64,000 nucleotides of DNA. Source: an uncultured Ornithinimicrobium sp. (GTDB lineage: Bacteria > Actinomycetota > Actinomycetes > Actinomycetales > Dermatophilaceae). Shown one piece after another: positions 51,586 to 63,218 of the stretch (position 1 is its first letter; the number at the start of each line of letters is the position of its first letter). The stretch is from NCBI GenBank assembly GCA_964581125.1, contig CAZONQ010000002.1, positions 1,147 through 65,146 of the forward strand, written 5' to 3'. Made by a program: the position numbers and the translations under genes. A model generated the notes under the pieces. That model searched no databases, was not told where the DNA came from, and saw nothing but the letters and a program-made list of their open reading frames with translations.

Positions 51586-52008
51586 TCAGGCCCCCGAGGG
51601 CGGGACGACGACCGTGCCGCGGGCGCGGGTGGCCACGACCGGCGGGTCGAGGACGTCGGCGGCCGACGCCCCGCGGGCCCCGTCGGCGGCCCCGCGCGCG
51701 GTGACCCGCACCTCGAAGTCCATCTCCCGGCTCCGCGAGCCGACCCGCACGAGGGTGGCGCTGACCTCGAGGCAGTCCCCGGCGCGGACCGGGGCGAGGA
51801 ACTGCACGTCGCTGTAGGAGGCGAAGAGGCCCTCGTCGCCGTCGGTGCGGATGCACAGCTCGGTGGCGACGTCGCCGAAGAGCGCCAGGCTGTAGGCGCC
51901 GTCGACGAGGTCGCCGGCGTAGTGCGCGTGGGAGTAGGGCACGTAGCGGGCGTGGGTCACGCCCATGCCGACGGCGGCCGGCCTGGTGGCGGGGTCGTGG
52001 GTGGTCAT
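51586..52008 (-). CDS. kal: 3-aminobutyryl-CoA ammonia-lyase (hotdog fold)
   Basis: HAHYAGDLVDGA, FGDVATELCIR.DGDEGLF..Y, FLAPV.AGD. Confidence 0.88.
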   Translation of the reverse strand: MTTHDPATRPAAVGMGVTHARYVPYSHAHYAGDLVDGAYSLALFGDVATELCIRTDGDEGLFASYSDVQFLAPVRAGDCLEVSATLVRVGSRSREMDFEVRVTARGAADGARGASAADVLDPPVVATRARGTVVVPPSGA

Positions 52009-52769
52009 GCCGGGGTCCTCTCTGCGGTCTGCTCCGTGGTAAGGGCGTGGACGAGGTAGGAGGCGACCTCGGCGGGCGTGGTGCCCTTGCCGAAGATCCG
52101 GTCGACGCCGAGCGTGCCCGCCGAGCCCTCCTCGAAGCGCGGGCCCCCGACGACCAGCAGCGGCACCTCGCCGGCCGGGTAGGCCTCGCGGAAGGCCGCC
52201 GACATCTGCGTGGTGTTGTGGATGTGCGCGTCCCGCTGGGTCACCACCTGGGAGACGAGGACGGCGTCGGCCTGCTCCTCCCGGGCGCGCTCGACCAGCT
52301 CGGGGACGAGCACCTGGGCGCCGAGGTTGACGACCTGGATCTCGGAGTAGTACTCCAGGCCCTTCTCGCCGGCGAAGCCCTTGATGTTGAGGATCGCGTC
52401 GATCCCGACGGTGTGCGCGTCGGTGCCGATGCAGGCCCCGACCACGACGAGGGGGCGGCGCAGCCGCTTCTTGATCGCGGCGTTGACGTCCTTGGGGGTC
52501 AGCAGCGGGAAGTCGCGCTCGACGACGTGCACGGCGGACAGGTCGACCAGGTGGGTGACGCTGCCGTAGACGACGAAGAAGGTGTGCGCCGGGCCGACCG
52601 CCTTGGCGTGGACGAGGAGCGCGGGCGACATCCCCATCTTGCCGGCCAGCTGCAGGGCCGCGCCCTCGGCGCGCTTGTCGTGCCGCACCGGCAGCGTGAA
52701 GGAGACCTGCACCATGCCGTCGCCGGTGGTGTCGCCGTAGGGGCGGATGACGGTGGGCTGCTCGGTCAT
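52005..52769 (-). CDS. kamE: Lysine 5,6-aminomutase beta subunit (B12-binding)
   Basis: RPYGDT..DG.VQ.SFTLP, GTDAHTVGIDAILNIKG, VSQVVTQ. Confidence 0.95.
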   Translation of the reverse strand: MTEQPTVIRPYGDTTGDGMVQVSFTLPVRHDKRAEGAALQLAGKMGMSPALLVHAKAVGPAHTFFVVYGSVTHLVDLSAVHVVERDFPLLTPKDVNAAIKKRLRRPLVVVGACIGTDAHTVGIDAILNIKGFAGEKGLEYYSEIQVVNLGAQVLVPELVERAREEQADAVLVSQVVTQRDAHIHNTTQMSAAFREAYPAGEVPLLVVGGPRFEEGSAGTLGVDRIFGKGTTPAEVASYLVHALTTEQTAERTPA

Positions 52770-54373
52770 CGGGTGCCCTCCTCGAGCAGGGTGATGGCGG
52801 GGTTGTCGTAGTCGTCGGCGCGGCGCGCCACGCCGTCCAGGCCCTTGCCCTGGTCCTTGGGGCGCTTCATCAGCCCGAAGGTGCCGTCGCCGATCGCCTC
52901 GAGCAGCGGCGCTGAGCCCTTGGGCGCTTTCTCGGCGGTGATCCGCTCCAGCAGGTCGACCGCCTCGGAGAGGACCTGCCGGGCGCGGGTCTGGATGAAG
53001 CCGTCCGGCGGCGGCCGGAAGTCCTCGGTGAGCCCGCCGGCGGCGCGCTGGACGTAGCGCACGTTCTGCAGCGCCAGGTCGCGGTCGGACAGCCACGGGG
53101 TCACCACGGCCTCGGTCATCATCCCGACGAGCAGGATGGACTGGCCGGTCATCGCGCCGGCCAGGTTGAAGAACCCGTCGAGCAGGTAGCCCATGAAGAC
53201 GTCGCCGGTCATGTGCTTGGTCGGCGGCATCCACTTCAGCGGCGCGTCCGGGAAGAGCTGGCGGGCCAGCAGCGCGTGGGCCAGCTCCATCCGGAAGGAC
53301 TCGGGGACCTCGGGGTTGATCTCGAAGGCGTGCCCCAGGCCCATGAGCTCGTCGGGCAGGCCGGCCTCGCGGGCGAAGTACTCGTTCATCAGCTGGCTGA
53401 CGGTGACGGTGTGAGCGGCCTCGACGGCGTCCGCGGTGGTGAGGTAGTTGTCCTCGCCGGTGTTGATGATGATGCCGGCCCGGGCGTGGACCTGGCGGGA
53501 GAAGCGCTGGTCGACGAAGGTGCGGACCGGGTTGATGTCGCGGAAGAGGATGCCGTACATCGAGTCGTTGAGCATCATGTCGAGCCGCTCCAGGCCCGCC
53601 AGCGCCGCGATCTCGGGCATGCACAGGCCGGAGGCGTAGTTGGTCAGGCGCACGTAGCGGCCCAGCTCCTTGCTCACCTCGTCCAGCGCCGCGCGCATGA
53701 GCCGGAAGTTCTCCTGGGTGGCGTAGGTCCCGGCGAAGCCCTCGCGGGTGGCGCCCTCGGGCACGTAGTCCAGCAGCGACTGCCCGGTCGAGCGGATGAC
53801 GGCGATGACGTCGGCCCCCGCGCGGGCGGCGGCCTGGGCCTGCGGGATGTCCTCGTAGATGTCGCCGGTGGCGACGATGAGGTAGACCCACGGGCGGTGC
53901 GGCGGGTCGCCCAGCCGGCCGACGAGCTTGTCGCGGGCGGCGCGCTGCCGGTCGATCCGCCGGATGCCCGGCCGCACGGCGGCCATCGCCGCGCGGCGAG
54001 CCCCCGTCAGCTCCCCCCTCCTCTCCGGTATGCGGAAGCTCACCGACCCGGTCGACGCCTTCTGGGCGAGGGTGAGCAGGTCGGGCGCCTCCTCGCGGCG
54101 CAGCGCGTCCCACACCGGGGTGGTGACGCCGTGCTCGATGCCGACCTGCTCGCGCACGGCGTCGACGAGGTGGTTGACCCACGGCACCCGCTCGTGGTCG
54201 GCGCCGGCCAGCCCCGCCAGGCGCAGGGTGGCGCGCTCGACCGACACGGTGGTGTGGCTGCGGGCGATGTCGACGACCGGCCTGCCCAGCCGCCGGGCCA
54301 GGGTGCGCGCCTTGCGCACGACCGAGGGGTCGAGCTCCAGCCGCGGGGGCGGGGCGACGGTGGTGGGGCTCAC
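52766..54373 (-). CDS. kamD: Lysine 5,6-aminomutase alpha subunit
   Basis: HTTVSVER, IVATGDIYED, RSTGQSLLDYVPEG, NYASGLCMPE, INTGEDNY, MPPTKHMTG. Confidence 0.96.
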   Translation of the reverse strand: MSPTTVAPPPRLELDPSVVRKARTLARRLGRPVVDIARSHTTVSVERATLRLAGLAGADHERVPWVNHLVDAVREQVGIEHGVTTPVWDALRREEAPDLLTLAQKASTGSVSFRIPERRGELTGARRAAMAAVRPGIRRIDRQRAARDKLVGRLGDPPHRPWVYLIVATGDIYEDIPQAQAAARAGADVIAVIRSTGQSLLDYVPEGATREGFAGTYATQENFRLMRAALDEVSKELGRYVRLTNYASGLCMPEIAALAGLERLDMMLNDSMYGILFRDINPVRTFVDQRFSRQVHARAGIIINTGEDNYLTTADAVEAAHTVTVSQLMNEYFAREAGLPDELMGLGHAFEINPEVPESFRMELAHALLARQLFPDAPLKWMPPTKHMTGDVFMGYLLDGFFNLAGAMTGQSILLVGMMTEAVVTPWLSDRDLALQNVRYVQRAAGGLTEDFRPPPDGFIQTRARQVLSEAVDLLERITAEKAPKGSAPLLEAIGDGTFGLMKRPKDQGKGLDGVARRADDYDNPAITLLEEGTR

Positions 54374-55945
54374 TCAGGCTCCTTCTCGCTGGTATGCGGT
54401 CACGCCGGCGACGACGGTGCGTCGCGCGACGGGCAGGGGACGGTCGGGCGCGTCGAGGACGGGCAGGCCGGTGGCCGGGTCGGTCTCGACCGGCCCGCCC
54501 GCGCCGTCGTCCCAGACGACGTAGGTGGCGGGACCGCCGACGCGCAGCCGGCCCCCGTCGAGGCCGGCCAGCTCGTAGCCGCCGCGGGTGTGGGCGGCGA
54601 AGGCCTCGGCGACCGTGAGGCGCTGCGCGGGGTTGTGGTGCCAGACGGCCGCGCGGACCGCGGCCCAGGGACCGAGCGGCGTGATCGGGCTGTCCGAGCC
54701 GAGCGCGACCCGCACGCCGGCGTCGACCATGTCGCGCAGCGGCACCGAGGCCAGGGCACGCTCCGTGCCGAGACGGGTGGCGTACATCCCGTCGGCCCCG
54801 CCCCAGAGGGCGTCGAACATCGGCTGCACGCTGGCCCAGACGCCGAGCTCGGCCATGGTCGCCAGGACGCCGGCGTCGGGCAGCTCCACGTGCTCCCAGC
54901 GGTGCCGGGCGGCCCGCAGGGCGTCCCGTCCGACGACGTCCGCGGCCGCGCGGAAGCCCGCGGCCATCGTGCGCAGCGCCGCGTCGCCGATGACGTGGCC
55001 GCCGGCCTGGACGCCCGCGCGCGTGCACGCGACGGCGTGGTCGCGGATCTCCTCGACGGTGAGGTAGGCCCAGCCGTGCTCGTCGGTGCCCTCGTAGGGG
55101 GCGGTGACGTGGGCGGTGAACGAGCCGAAGGAGCCGTCCGCGCACAGGTCGCCGGCCAGGCCGAGGACGCCGAGGTAGCCGGCCAGCTCGGCCACGGCGT
55201 CCGCGTCGTCGCCGACCTCGCCCCAGTAGGTGACGACGTCGGGGACGTCCGGCGCCTGCCCGGCCTCGAGGACCGAGCGCAGGTCGTCGTGGCTCGTCAG
55301 GTGCGGGGCGCCGGTCTCGTGCAGGAGCGTGACGCCGTGCCGGGCGGCGCTGGCCAGGGCGAGGCCGACGTGGCGCTCGCGGTCGGCGTGGGTGAGCGAG
55401 GAGGTGAACGCGTTGGTGACCGCGGCGAAGGCCTCACGGCTGGCGACGCCGGCGCCGTCCCAGCCGTCGAGGTCGGCCACCCGGGCGATCGTGGCCATCG
55501 CGGTGGACACGCAGGCCGAGTGGGCGTCGACGCGGGGCATGTAGACGACGCCGCCGTAGGAGGCGCGGTCCAGCTCGGCCGAGGTCACCGGGCGCTGCTC
55601 GGCCCAGCGGGTCTCGTCCCAGGAGTGGGCGTAGATGGGTCGGCCCCGGACCCGTCGGGCGGCCTGCTCCACGAGCTGCAGCGCCTCGGCGGCGGACGTG
55701 GTGCCGGAGAGGTCGACGCCGTCCAGGCCCTGCCCGGTCATCGTCAGGTGGACGTGCGCGTCGCAGAAGCCGGGCAGGACGAGGGCGCCGCGCAGGTCCT
55801 CGACCTCGTCGGCGTCGGGCCCGTCGCCGCCGTCGCTGTCGCCGATCCACGCGATCGTGCCGTCCGCCCGGTCGACGAGGAGGGCGCTGGCCGGCGGCCC
55901 GTCGGGGACGTGGACGGTGCCGCCGCGCAGGAGAAGGGTGCTCAC
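54374..55945 (-). CDS. Amidohydrolase family 3 (YtcJ/Rv2052c-like)
   Basis: PGFCDAHVH, RVDAHS, ADGSFGS.TA, HVIGDAA, RHRWEH, LGSDSP. Confidence 0.9.
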   Translation of the reverse strand: MSTLLLRGGTVHVPDGPPASALLVDRADGTIAWIGDSDGGDGPDADEVEDLRGALVLPGFCDAHVHLTMTGQGLDGVDLSGTTSAAEALQLVEQAARRVRGRPIYAHSWDETRWAEQRPVTSAELDRASYGGVVYMPRVDAHSACVSTAMATIARVADLDGWDGAGVASREAFAAVTNAFTSSLTHADRERHVGLALASAARHGVTLLHETGAPHLTSHDDLRSVLEAGQAPDVPDVVTYWGEVGDDADAVAELAGYLGVLGLAGDLCADGSFGSFTAHVTAPYEGTDEHGWAYLTVEEIRDHAVACTRAGVQAGGHVIGDAALRTMAAGFRAAADVVGRDALRAARHRWEHVELPDAGVLATMAELGVWASVQPMFDALWGGADGMYATRLGTERALASVPLRDMVDAGVRVALGSDSPITPLGPWAAVRAAVWHHNPAQRLTVAEAFAAHTRGGYELAGLDGGRLRVGGPATYVVWDDGAGGPVETDPATGLPVLDAPDRPLPVARRTVVAGVTAYQREGA

Positions 55946-57042
55946 GCCTGCCCAGTGTGCTCGGCCGCGAGGCGGGACTCAAAGAGGCTGCGGACGGCCG
56001 TGTCGCGGCGCAGCAGGGACAGGGCGTAGTCGGCGTGGCCGGGGGTGTAGCCGTTGCCCACCAGCATGGTGACGTCGGCCGCCAGGCCCTCGGCGCCGAG
56101 GGCGGCCGCGCTGAAGCTCGTGGCCATGGAGAAGTAGACGACGGTGCCGCCCTGGGCGGTGATCATGATCGCCGGCTGCTCCGCGCCGGCGACGTCGACG
56201 CAGACGACGGTGACGTCGACCGGGCCACCGGCCCCGCGCACCGCCTCCTCCAGCGCCAGCGGCGCGCGCGCGTCGGCGACGACCACCTCGTCGGCCAGGC
56301 CGGTGCCGCGCAGCAGCTCGGCCTCGGCCTCGACGGGGACGACCGCGACCACGCGGCCGGCGCCCGCGTCGCGGGCGGCCGCGAGCGAGAGCGAGCCGGA
56401 CTTGCCTGCTCCCCCGAGGACGGCGACCGACGGGGCGCGGCCGCCGCGGCCCTGGACCGCATACTCCTGCACGACCTTGCGCACGAGCGCGGGGGCGCCG
56501 CAGACGTCCATGACCATGAGCGAGAGCTCGGGGTCGAGGTCGTCGGGCAGGACCGCGGCGATCGAGCGGCCGAAGAGGATCGCGTGGCCCTGCGCGGGGA
56601 CCCGCTCCCCCAGGCCGTCCCAGCGCTCCAGGCCGTCGGTGACCGCCAGCGGCGTCAGCGAGAGGGAGACGAGCGTGGCGACGCGGTCGCCGACCTGCAG
56701 GCCGAGCGCGCTCCGCGGGCCGACCTCGGCCACGGTGCCGATGAGCATGCCGCCGGAGCCGGTGACCGGGTTCTGCATCTTGCCGCGCTCGGCGACGATC
56801 GCCAGGACCTCCTCACGCACGGCCGCACCGTCGACGACGCCGTCGGTCGTGTGCTTCTCGCGGAGCTGGCGGTAGGAGGCGGCGTCCAGGTTGAGGACCT
56901 CCACGTCGACCCGCACCTCGTCCGGCGCCAGCTGCGGGCTGGGGTCGAGGCGGCGGGCGGTCTGGGGCAGCGTGACGGAGGCCCCGGAGGGCTCCAGGAC
57001 GCGGTGCACCCCGAACGGCGAGGAGGCGGTCATACCTGTCAT
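55942..57042 (-). CDS. kdd: L-erythro-3,5-diaminohexanoate dehydrogenase
   Basis: G.HRVLEP, LNLDAAS, RGKMQNPVTGSGGML.G, ATLVSLSLTPL, DVCGAPA, FSMATSF..AALGAEG. Confidence 0.93.
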   Translation of the reverse strand: MTGMTASSPFGVHRVLEPSGASVTLPQTARRLDPSPQLAPDEVRVDVEVLNLDAASYRQLREKHTTDGVVDGAAVREEVLAIVAERGKMQNPVTGSGGMLIGTVAEVGPRSALGLQVGDRVATLVSLSLTPLAVTDGLERWDGLGERVPAQGHAILFGRSIAAVLPDDLDPELSLMVMDVCGAPALVRKVVQEYAVQGRGGRAPSVAVLGGAGKSGSLSLAAARDAGAGRVVAVVPVEAEAELLRGTGLADEVVVADARAPLALEEAVRGAGGPVDVTVVCVDVAGAEQPAIMITAQGGTVVYFSMATSFSAAALGAEGLAADVTMLVGNGYTPGHADYALSLLRRDTAVRSLFESRLAAEHTGQA

Positions 57043-57069
57043 CTGTCCTTTCACGACACGCTGAGACAA

Positions 57070-57109
57070 GACATCTTCCGGTGATGGGTCGCTTTGGCCG
57101 GAAGATGTC
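57070..57109. promoter_or_regulatory. Perfect inverted repeat GACATCTTCCGG-N16-CCGGAAGATGTC in the divergent kdd/kamA promoter
   Basis: 12-bp arms next to the TATCAT -10 box (57112-57117) of kamA. Confidence 0.7.
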
Positions 57110-57124
57110 CTTATCATGGCACGC

Positions 57125-58585
57125 ATGAGCGTCGAGATCGAGCAGCCCTACGTCTACCAGCACCGCGAGCTCGTCGAGCCCGACTGGACCCGCTTCCCCG
57201 GCTGGCGGGACGTGACCGCCGAGCAGTGGGAGGACGTGCAGTGGCAGCGCGTCAACTGCGTGAAGAACCTCAGACAGCTGCGCGCGCTCATGGGCGACCT
57301 GCTCACCGAGGAGTTCTACGCGGACCTGGAGAAGGACCAGCAGCTGCGCGCGACGATGTCGATGCTCGTGCCTCCGCAGATGATGAACACGATGGTCTCC
57401 GAGGTCACCTGGGCCGACGGACGGATGCCGGCGGCCGGCGAGGAGTTCACCAGGGCGTTCTACGCCGACCCGGTGCGGCGCTACATGCTCCCGGTCTTCT
57501 CCGACCGGCGCACCGACTGGGCCTCCCACCCCTACGCCACCCGTGACTCCCTCCACGAGCACGACATGTGGGTGGCCGAGGGCCTGACGCACCGCTACCC
57601 GACCAAGGTGCTGGCCGAGATGCTGCCGACCTGCCCGCAGTACTGCGGCCACTGCACCCGCATGGACCTCGTGGGCAACTCGACGCCGCAGGTCACCAAG
57701 CTCAAGCTGGCGGGCAAGCCGGTCGACCGGCACACCGCGATCCTGGACTACCTGCGCGCCAACCCCGGCGTGCGCGACGTGGTCGTCTCCGGCGGCGACG
57801 TGGCCAACATGCCGTGGAAGAACCTCGAGGCCTGGCTGGACCGGCTGCTGGAGATCGAGTCGATCCGCGACGTGCGGCTGGCGACCAAGGCGCTCATGGG
57901 GATGCCGCAGCACTGGCTGGCGCCGGACACCGTCGAGGGCGTGGCCCGGATCTCGAAGAAGGCCCGTGAGCGCGGGGTCGGCCTGGCCATCCACACCCAC
58001 GTCAACGCCGCGCAGTCGGTCACCCCGCTGGTGGCCAGGGCCTCGCGCACGATGCTCGACGCCGGCCTGCGGGACGTGCGCAACCAGGGCGTGCTGATGC
58101 GGGGCGTCAACGACACCACGAAGCAGCTGCTCGACCTGTGCTTCGCGCTCGCCGACGACGCGATGATCACGCCGTACTACTTCTACATGTGCGACATGAT
58201 CCCGTTCAGCGAGCACTGGCGGGTCTCGCTGGCGCACGCGCAGCACCTGCAGCACTCGATGCTCGGCTACCTGCCCGGCTTCTCCACCCCGCGCATCGTC
58301 TGCGACGTGCCGTTCGTCGGCAAGCGCTGGGTGCACCAGGTGGACACCTACGACACCGAGCGCGGCATCTCCTACTGGAGCAAGAACTACCGCACCTCGA
58401 TCGAGGGCGAGGACGTGGACGTGACCAGCGCCGAGTACGTCTACTACGACCCGATCGACACCCTGCCCGCCTCCGGCCAGGAGTGGTGGCGTCAGCACAC
58501 CGTGGAGACCGCCGAGGCGGACGAGGCCGCGGCGGTGGAGCAGGCGGCCGCGTCCCGCAGGGCGTCCGTCGACCAGCTGGCCTGA
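57125..58585 (+). CDS. kamA: Lysine 2,3-aminomutase (radical SAM)
   Basis: THRYPTKV, CPQYCGHCTR (CxxxCxxC), VVVSGGD, HTHVN, RNQGVLMRGVND, PYYFYMCD, VGKRW; divergent from kdd-kamDE. Confidence 0.93.
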   Translation: MSVEIEQPYVYQHRELVEPDWTRFPGWRDVTAEQWEDVQWQRVNCVKNLRQLRALMGDLLTEEFYADLEKDQQLRATMSMLVPPQMMNTMVSEVTWADGRMPAAGEEFTRAFYADPVRRYMLPVFSDRRTDWASHPYATRDSLHEHDMWVAEGLTHRYPTKVLAEMLPTCPQYCGHCTRMDLVGNSTPQVTKLKLAGKPVDRHTAILDYLRANPGVRDVVVSGGDVANMPWKNLEAWLDRLLEIESIRDVRLATKALMGMPQHWLAPDTVEGVARISKKARERGVGLAIHTHVNAAQSVTPLVARASRTMLDAGLRDVRNQGVLMRGVNDTTKQLLDLCFALADDAMITPYYFYMCDMIPFSEHWRVSLAHAQHLQHSMLGYLPGFSTPRIVCDVPFVGKRWVHQVDTYDTERGISYWSKNYRTSIEGEDVDVTSAEYVYYDPIDTLPASGQEWWRQHTVETAEADEAAAVEQAAASRRASVDQLA

Positions 58586-58660
58586 CGCCGGGGTGGGCGG
58601 GCCGCGCCGGCGAGCTCACGCCATACCCCCTGTCGCACGGGGCGTGTAGATTCACGCCCC

Positions 58661-61039
<2,379 letters not shown>

Positions 61040-61112
61040 CTGCCCGGCCGGTCACGGCGGTCACGGCGGCCGCAGCGGGCCGGGCCGGTCACGGCGCTCG
61101 CGGCTTCCGCGA

Positions 61113-61607
61113 CTACGCCCGCCGCGCGATCGGTGCGGTGCTCCCCCGCACCAAGGCCAGCAGGTCGCCCGGCGCCAGCTCGACGTCGAGGCCGCGCTTG
61201 CCGCCGCTGACGAGGATGGTCGCGTGCTCGTGCGCCGAGGCGTCGAGGACGGTCGGCAGCGCCTTCTTCTGCCCGACGGGGCTGATGCCGCCGACGACGT
61301 AGCCGGTCACGCGCTCGGCCACCGCAGGCTCGGCCATCGTCGCCTTCTTGGCGCCGAGCGCGGCGGCGACGGCCTTGAGGTCCAGGAGCGTGTCGACGGG
61401 CACGACGCCCACGCCCAGACCCTTGTCGGTGTCGACCAGAAGGGTCTTGAAGACGCGGGCGGGCTCGACGCCGAGCGCCTCGGCGGCCTCGAGCCCGAAG
61501 CTCGCGGCGGTGGGGTCGTGCGCGTAGGAGCGCACCTCATACCTGATGCCCGCGCGGTCCAGGGCCACGGTCGCGGGGGTGCCGCCGGTCGTCCTCTTCC
61601 TGGCCAC
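61113..61607 (-). CDS. ybaK: Cys-tRNA(Pro) deacylase
   Basis: TPAT, VFKTL, TGYVVGGISPVGQKK, VSGGKRGLD. Confidence 0.94.
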   Translation of the reverse strand: MARKRTTGGTPATVALDRAGIRYEVRSYAHDPTAASFGLEAAEALGVEPARVFKTLLVDTDKGLGVGVVPVDTLLDLKAVAAALGAKKATMAEPAVAERVTGYVVGGISPVGQKKALPTVLDASAHEHATILVSGGKRGLDVELAPGDLLALVRGSTAPIARRA

Positions 61608-61611
61608 GGCG

Positions 61612-62073
61612 TCAGAGCGTGTAGTCCTCGGCCGGCAGCGCGCCGAGCCGGTCCTCCCACGGCGTGGAGAGCACGATCGTGGTGACGGTCGAGCACTCCC
61701 CCTGCTGGCGGATGCGGGCGAGCAGCTCCTCGAGGTCCTGCGGCCGGCCGACGCGGATGAGGAGGATGTAGTACTCGTCCCCCGCGACCGACCAGCACGC
61801 GACGATCTCCTCGATGTCGGAGAGCCGCTCGGGGATGTCGTCGTCCGCCGACGGGTCGAACGGCGTGACCGACATGAGCGCCGTCATCGGCAGCCCGACC
61901 GCCGGGTAGTCGATGACCGCCCGGTAGCCCTTGATGATCCCCCGCTCCTCCAGCCGCTTGACCCGCTGGTGGACGGCCGAGGTGGACAGGCCCACCTGCC
62001 GCCCCAGGTCGGCGAAGGAGATGCGTCCGTCGTGCGCCAGGACCTGGACGATGTGGCGGTCGAGTGCCTCCAT
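61612..62073 (-). CDS. Lrp/AsnC family transcriptional regulator
   Basis: LDRHIV..L.HDGR.SF.DLG..VGLSTSAVHQRVKRLE, CWSVAG. Confidence 0.94.
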   Translation of the reverse strand: MEALDRHIVQVLAHDGRISFADLGRQVGLSTSAVHQRVKRLEERGIIKGYRAVIDYPAVGLPMTALMSVTPFDPSADDDIPERLSDIEEIVACWSVAGDEYYILLIRVGRPQDLEELLARIRQQGECSTVTTIVLSTPWEDRLGALPAEDYTL

Positions 62074-62188
62074 GGGGGACAGCGTAGTTCGCCCGCCTCC
62101 CGCCCTGCCGCGACCGTCCTCCGCCGACGCCACGGGCGCATGGTAGAAATAACGCATATCCGGCCGGGCACAACCTCATGGAGGACCG

Positions 62189-62467
62189 ATGGGCAGCGAG
62201 GACGACCTGCGGCAGACGCTGGCCGCGACCACGGCCGTCCTGGTCAGGACCTTGCGGGCGCTCGGCCAGCACGGTCAGCCCGAGGCGGCCAACCGGTTGG
62301 CCGCGAAGGCCTACTGGGCGCTGCGACCCACGAGTCCCGACGACGCCGAGCGGATCAACGGCGCGATGCACTACCTCGCCCGGCTGGAGGACGAGCTCGC
62401 CGACCGCGCCACGGCCTCGACCGGCCCCGAGAGCACCACCCCACCCACCCACAAGGAGGAAGCATGA
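62189..62467 (+). CDS. Hypothetical protein
   Basis: GGAGG RBS; ATGA overlap with the DUF2249 gene; helical 92-aa protein. Confidence 0.75.
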   Translation: MGSEDDLRQTLAATTAVLVRTLRALGQHGQPEAANRLAAKAYWALRPTSPDDAERINGAMHYLARLEDELADRATASTGPESTTPPTHKEEA

Positions 62468-62706
62468 CCGACGACCAGATCCTCGACGTCCGCGAGGAGA
62501 TCCCGCGCCGCCGCCACGAGCTGATCGAGCAGACCTACCACGACCTGGCGCCCGGCACCGGCTTCGTGCTCGTCAACGACCACGACCCCAAGCCGCTGCG
62601 CTACCAGTTCGAGGCGGAGTGGCCCGGCCAGTTCACGTGGGACTACCTCGAGAGCGGGCCGGAGGTCTGGCGCGTGCGGATCGGCCGTCCCCAGAAGCAG
62701 GCCTGA
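62464..62706 (+). CDS. DUF2249 domain protein
   Basis: LDVR..IP..RH..I, LVNDHDPKPLRYQF, F.WDYLESGPEVWRV.I. Confidence 0.9.
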   Translation: MTDDQILDVREEIPRRRHELIEQTYHDLAPGTGFVLVNDHDPKPLRYQFEAEWPGQFTWDYLESGPEVWRVRIGRPQKQA

Positions 62707-62720
62707 GAGCTCCCGCGCAC

Positions 62721-62796
62721 CACACCTGTGCAGGAACGGTGTGTCACACCGGTCGCTGCGGCGACGGATGTGACACACCGTCCCTGCACAAGGGTG
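62721..62796. repeat. Long imperfect inverted repeat (REP/MITE-like)
   Basis: 36-bp arms matching at 31/36 with a TGCG loop; termini CACACCTGTGCAGG / CCTGCACAAGGGTG. Confidence 0.88.
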
Positions 62797-62812
62797 AGAG
62801 GCGTCGGGGTCC

Positions 62813-63184
62813 TCAGGCGCCGACAGCGTCTCCGCGGCGCAGCGACACGGCACAGCCCACCGCGGTGAGCACCAGCCCGGGCACGAACCAGACCGGCAGC
62901 GGCGCGGGCGCCTGCCACACGGCATACCCCATCACCAGGAGCGAGACGAGACCGGCCACCCGCCACCGCCCCGAGCAGAGCGCCACCGCGAAAGCCGCGA
63001 GCACGACCACCGTCGGCAGCGCGAGCCGCAGCACTGCGCCGACGTCGATGCCAGGGTCGCGCTCGAGCGGGTTCTCCCCCACCGCGGTGGTCCACAGCGG
63101 CCCGAAGAGCAGCACGACGGCGGCCGCCAGCGTGACGAGGGCACCGACCCACGCCAGACGGTCCAGGAGCCGGTCGCGCAGCAC
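62813..63184 (-). CDS. Hypothetical membrane protein
   Basis: 123 aa with about four hydrophobic segments; divergent from the exonuclease. Confidence 0.65.
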   Translation of the reverse strand: MLRDRLLDRLAWVGALVTLAAAVVLLFGPLWTTAVGENPLERDPGIDVGAVLRLALPTVVVLAAFAVALCSGRWRVAGLVSLLVMGYAVWQAPAPLPVWFVPGLVLTAVGCAVSLRRGDAVGA

Positions 63185-63218
63185 GGCGCCACGCTAGCAG
63201 GGCCTAGTCTTGGGCCTC

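Noticed and set aside
61045-61096. GGTCACGGC repeated three times between uvrA2 and ybaK
   Set aside because: Short, GC-rich and irregularly spaced; no supportable function.
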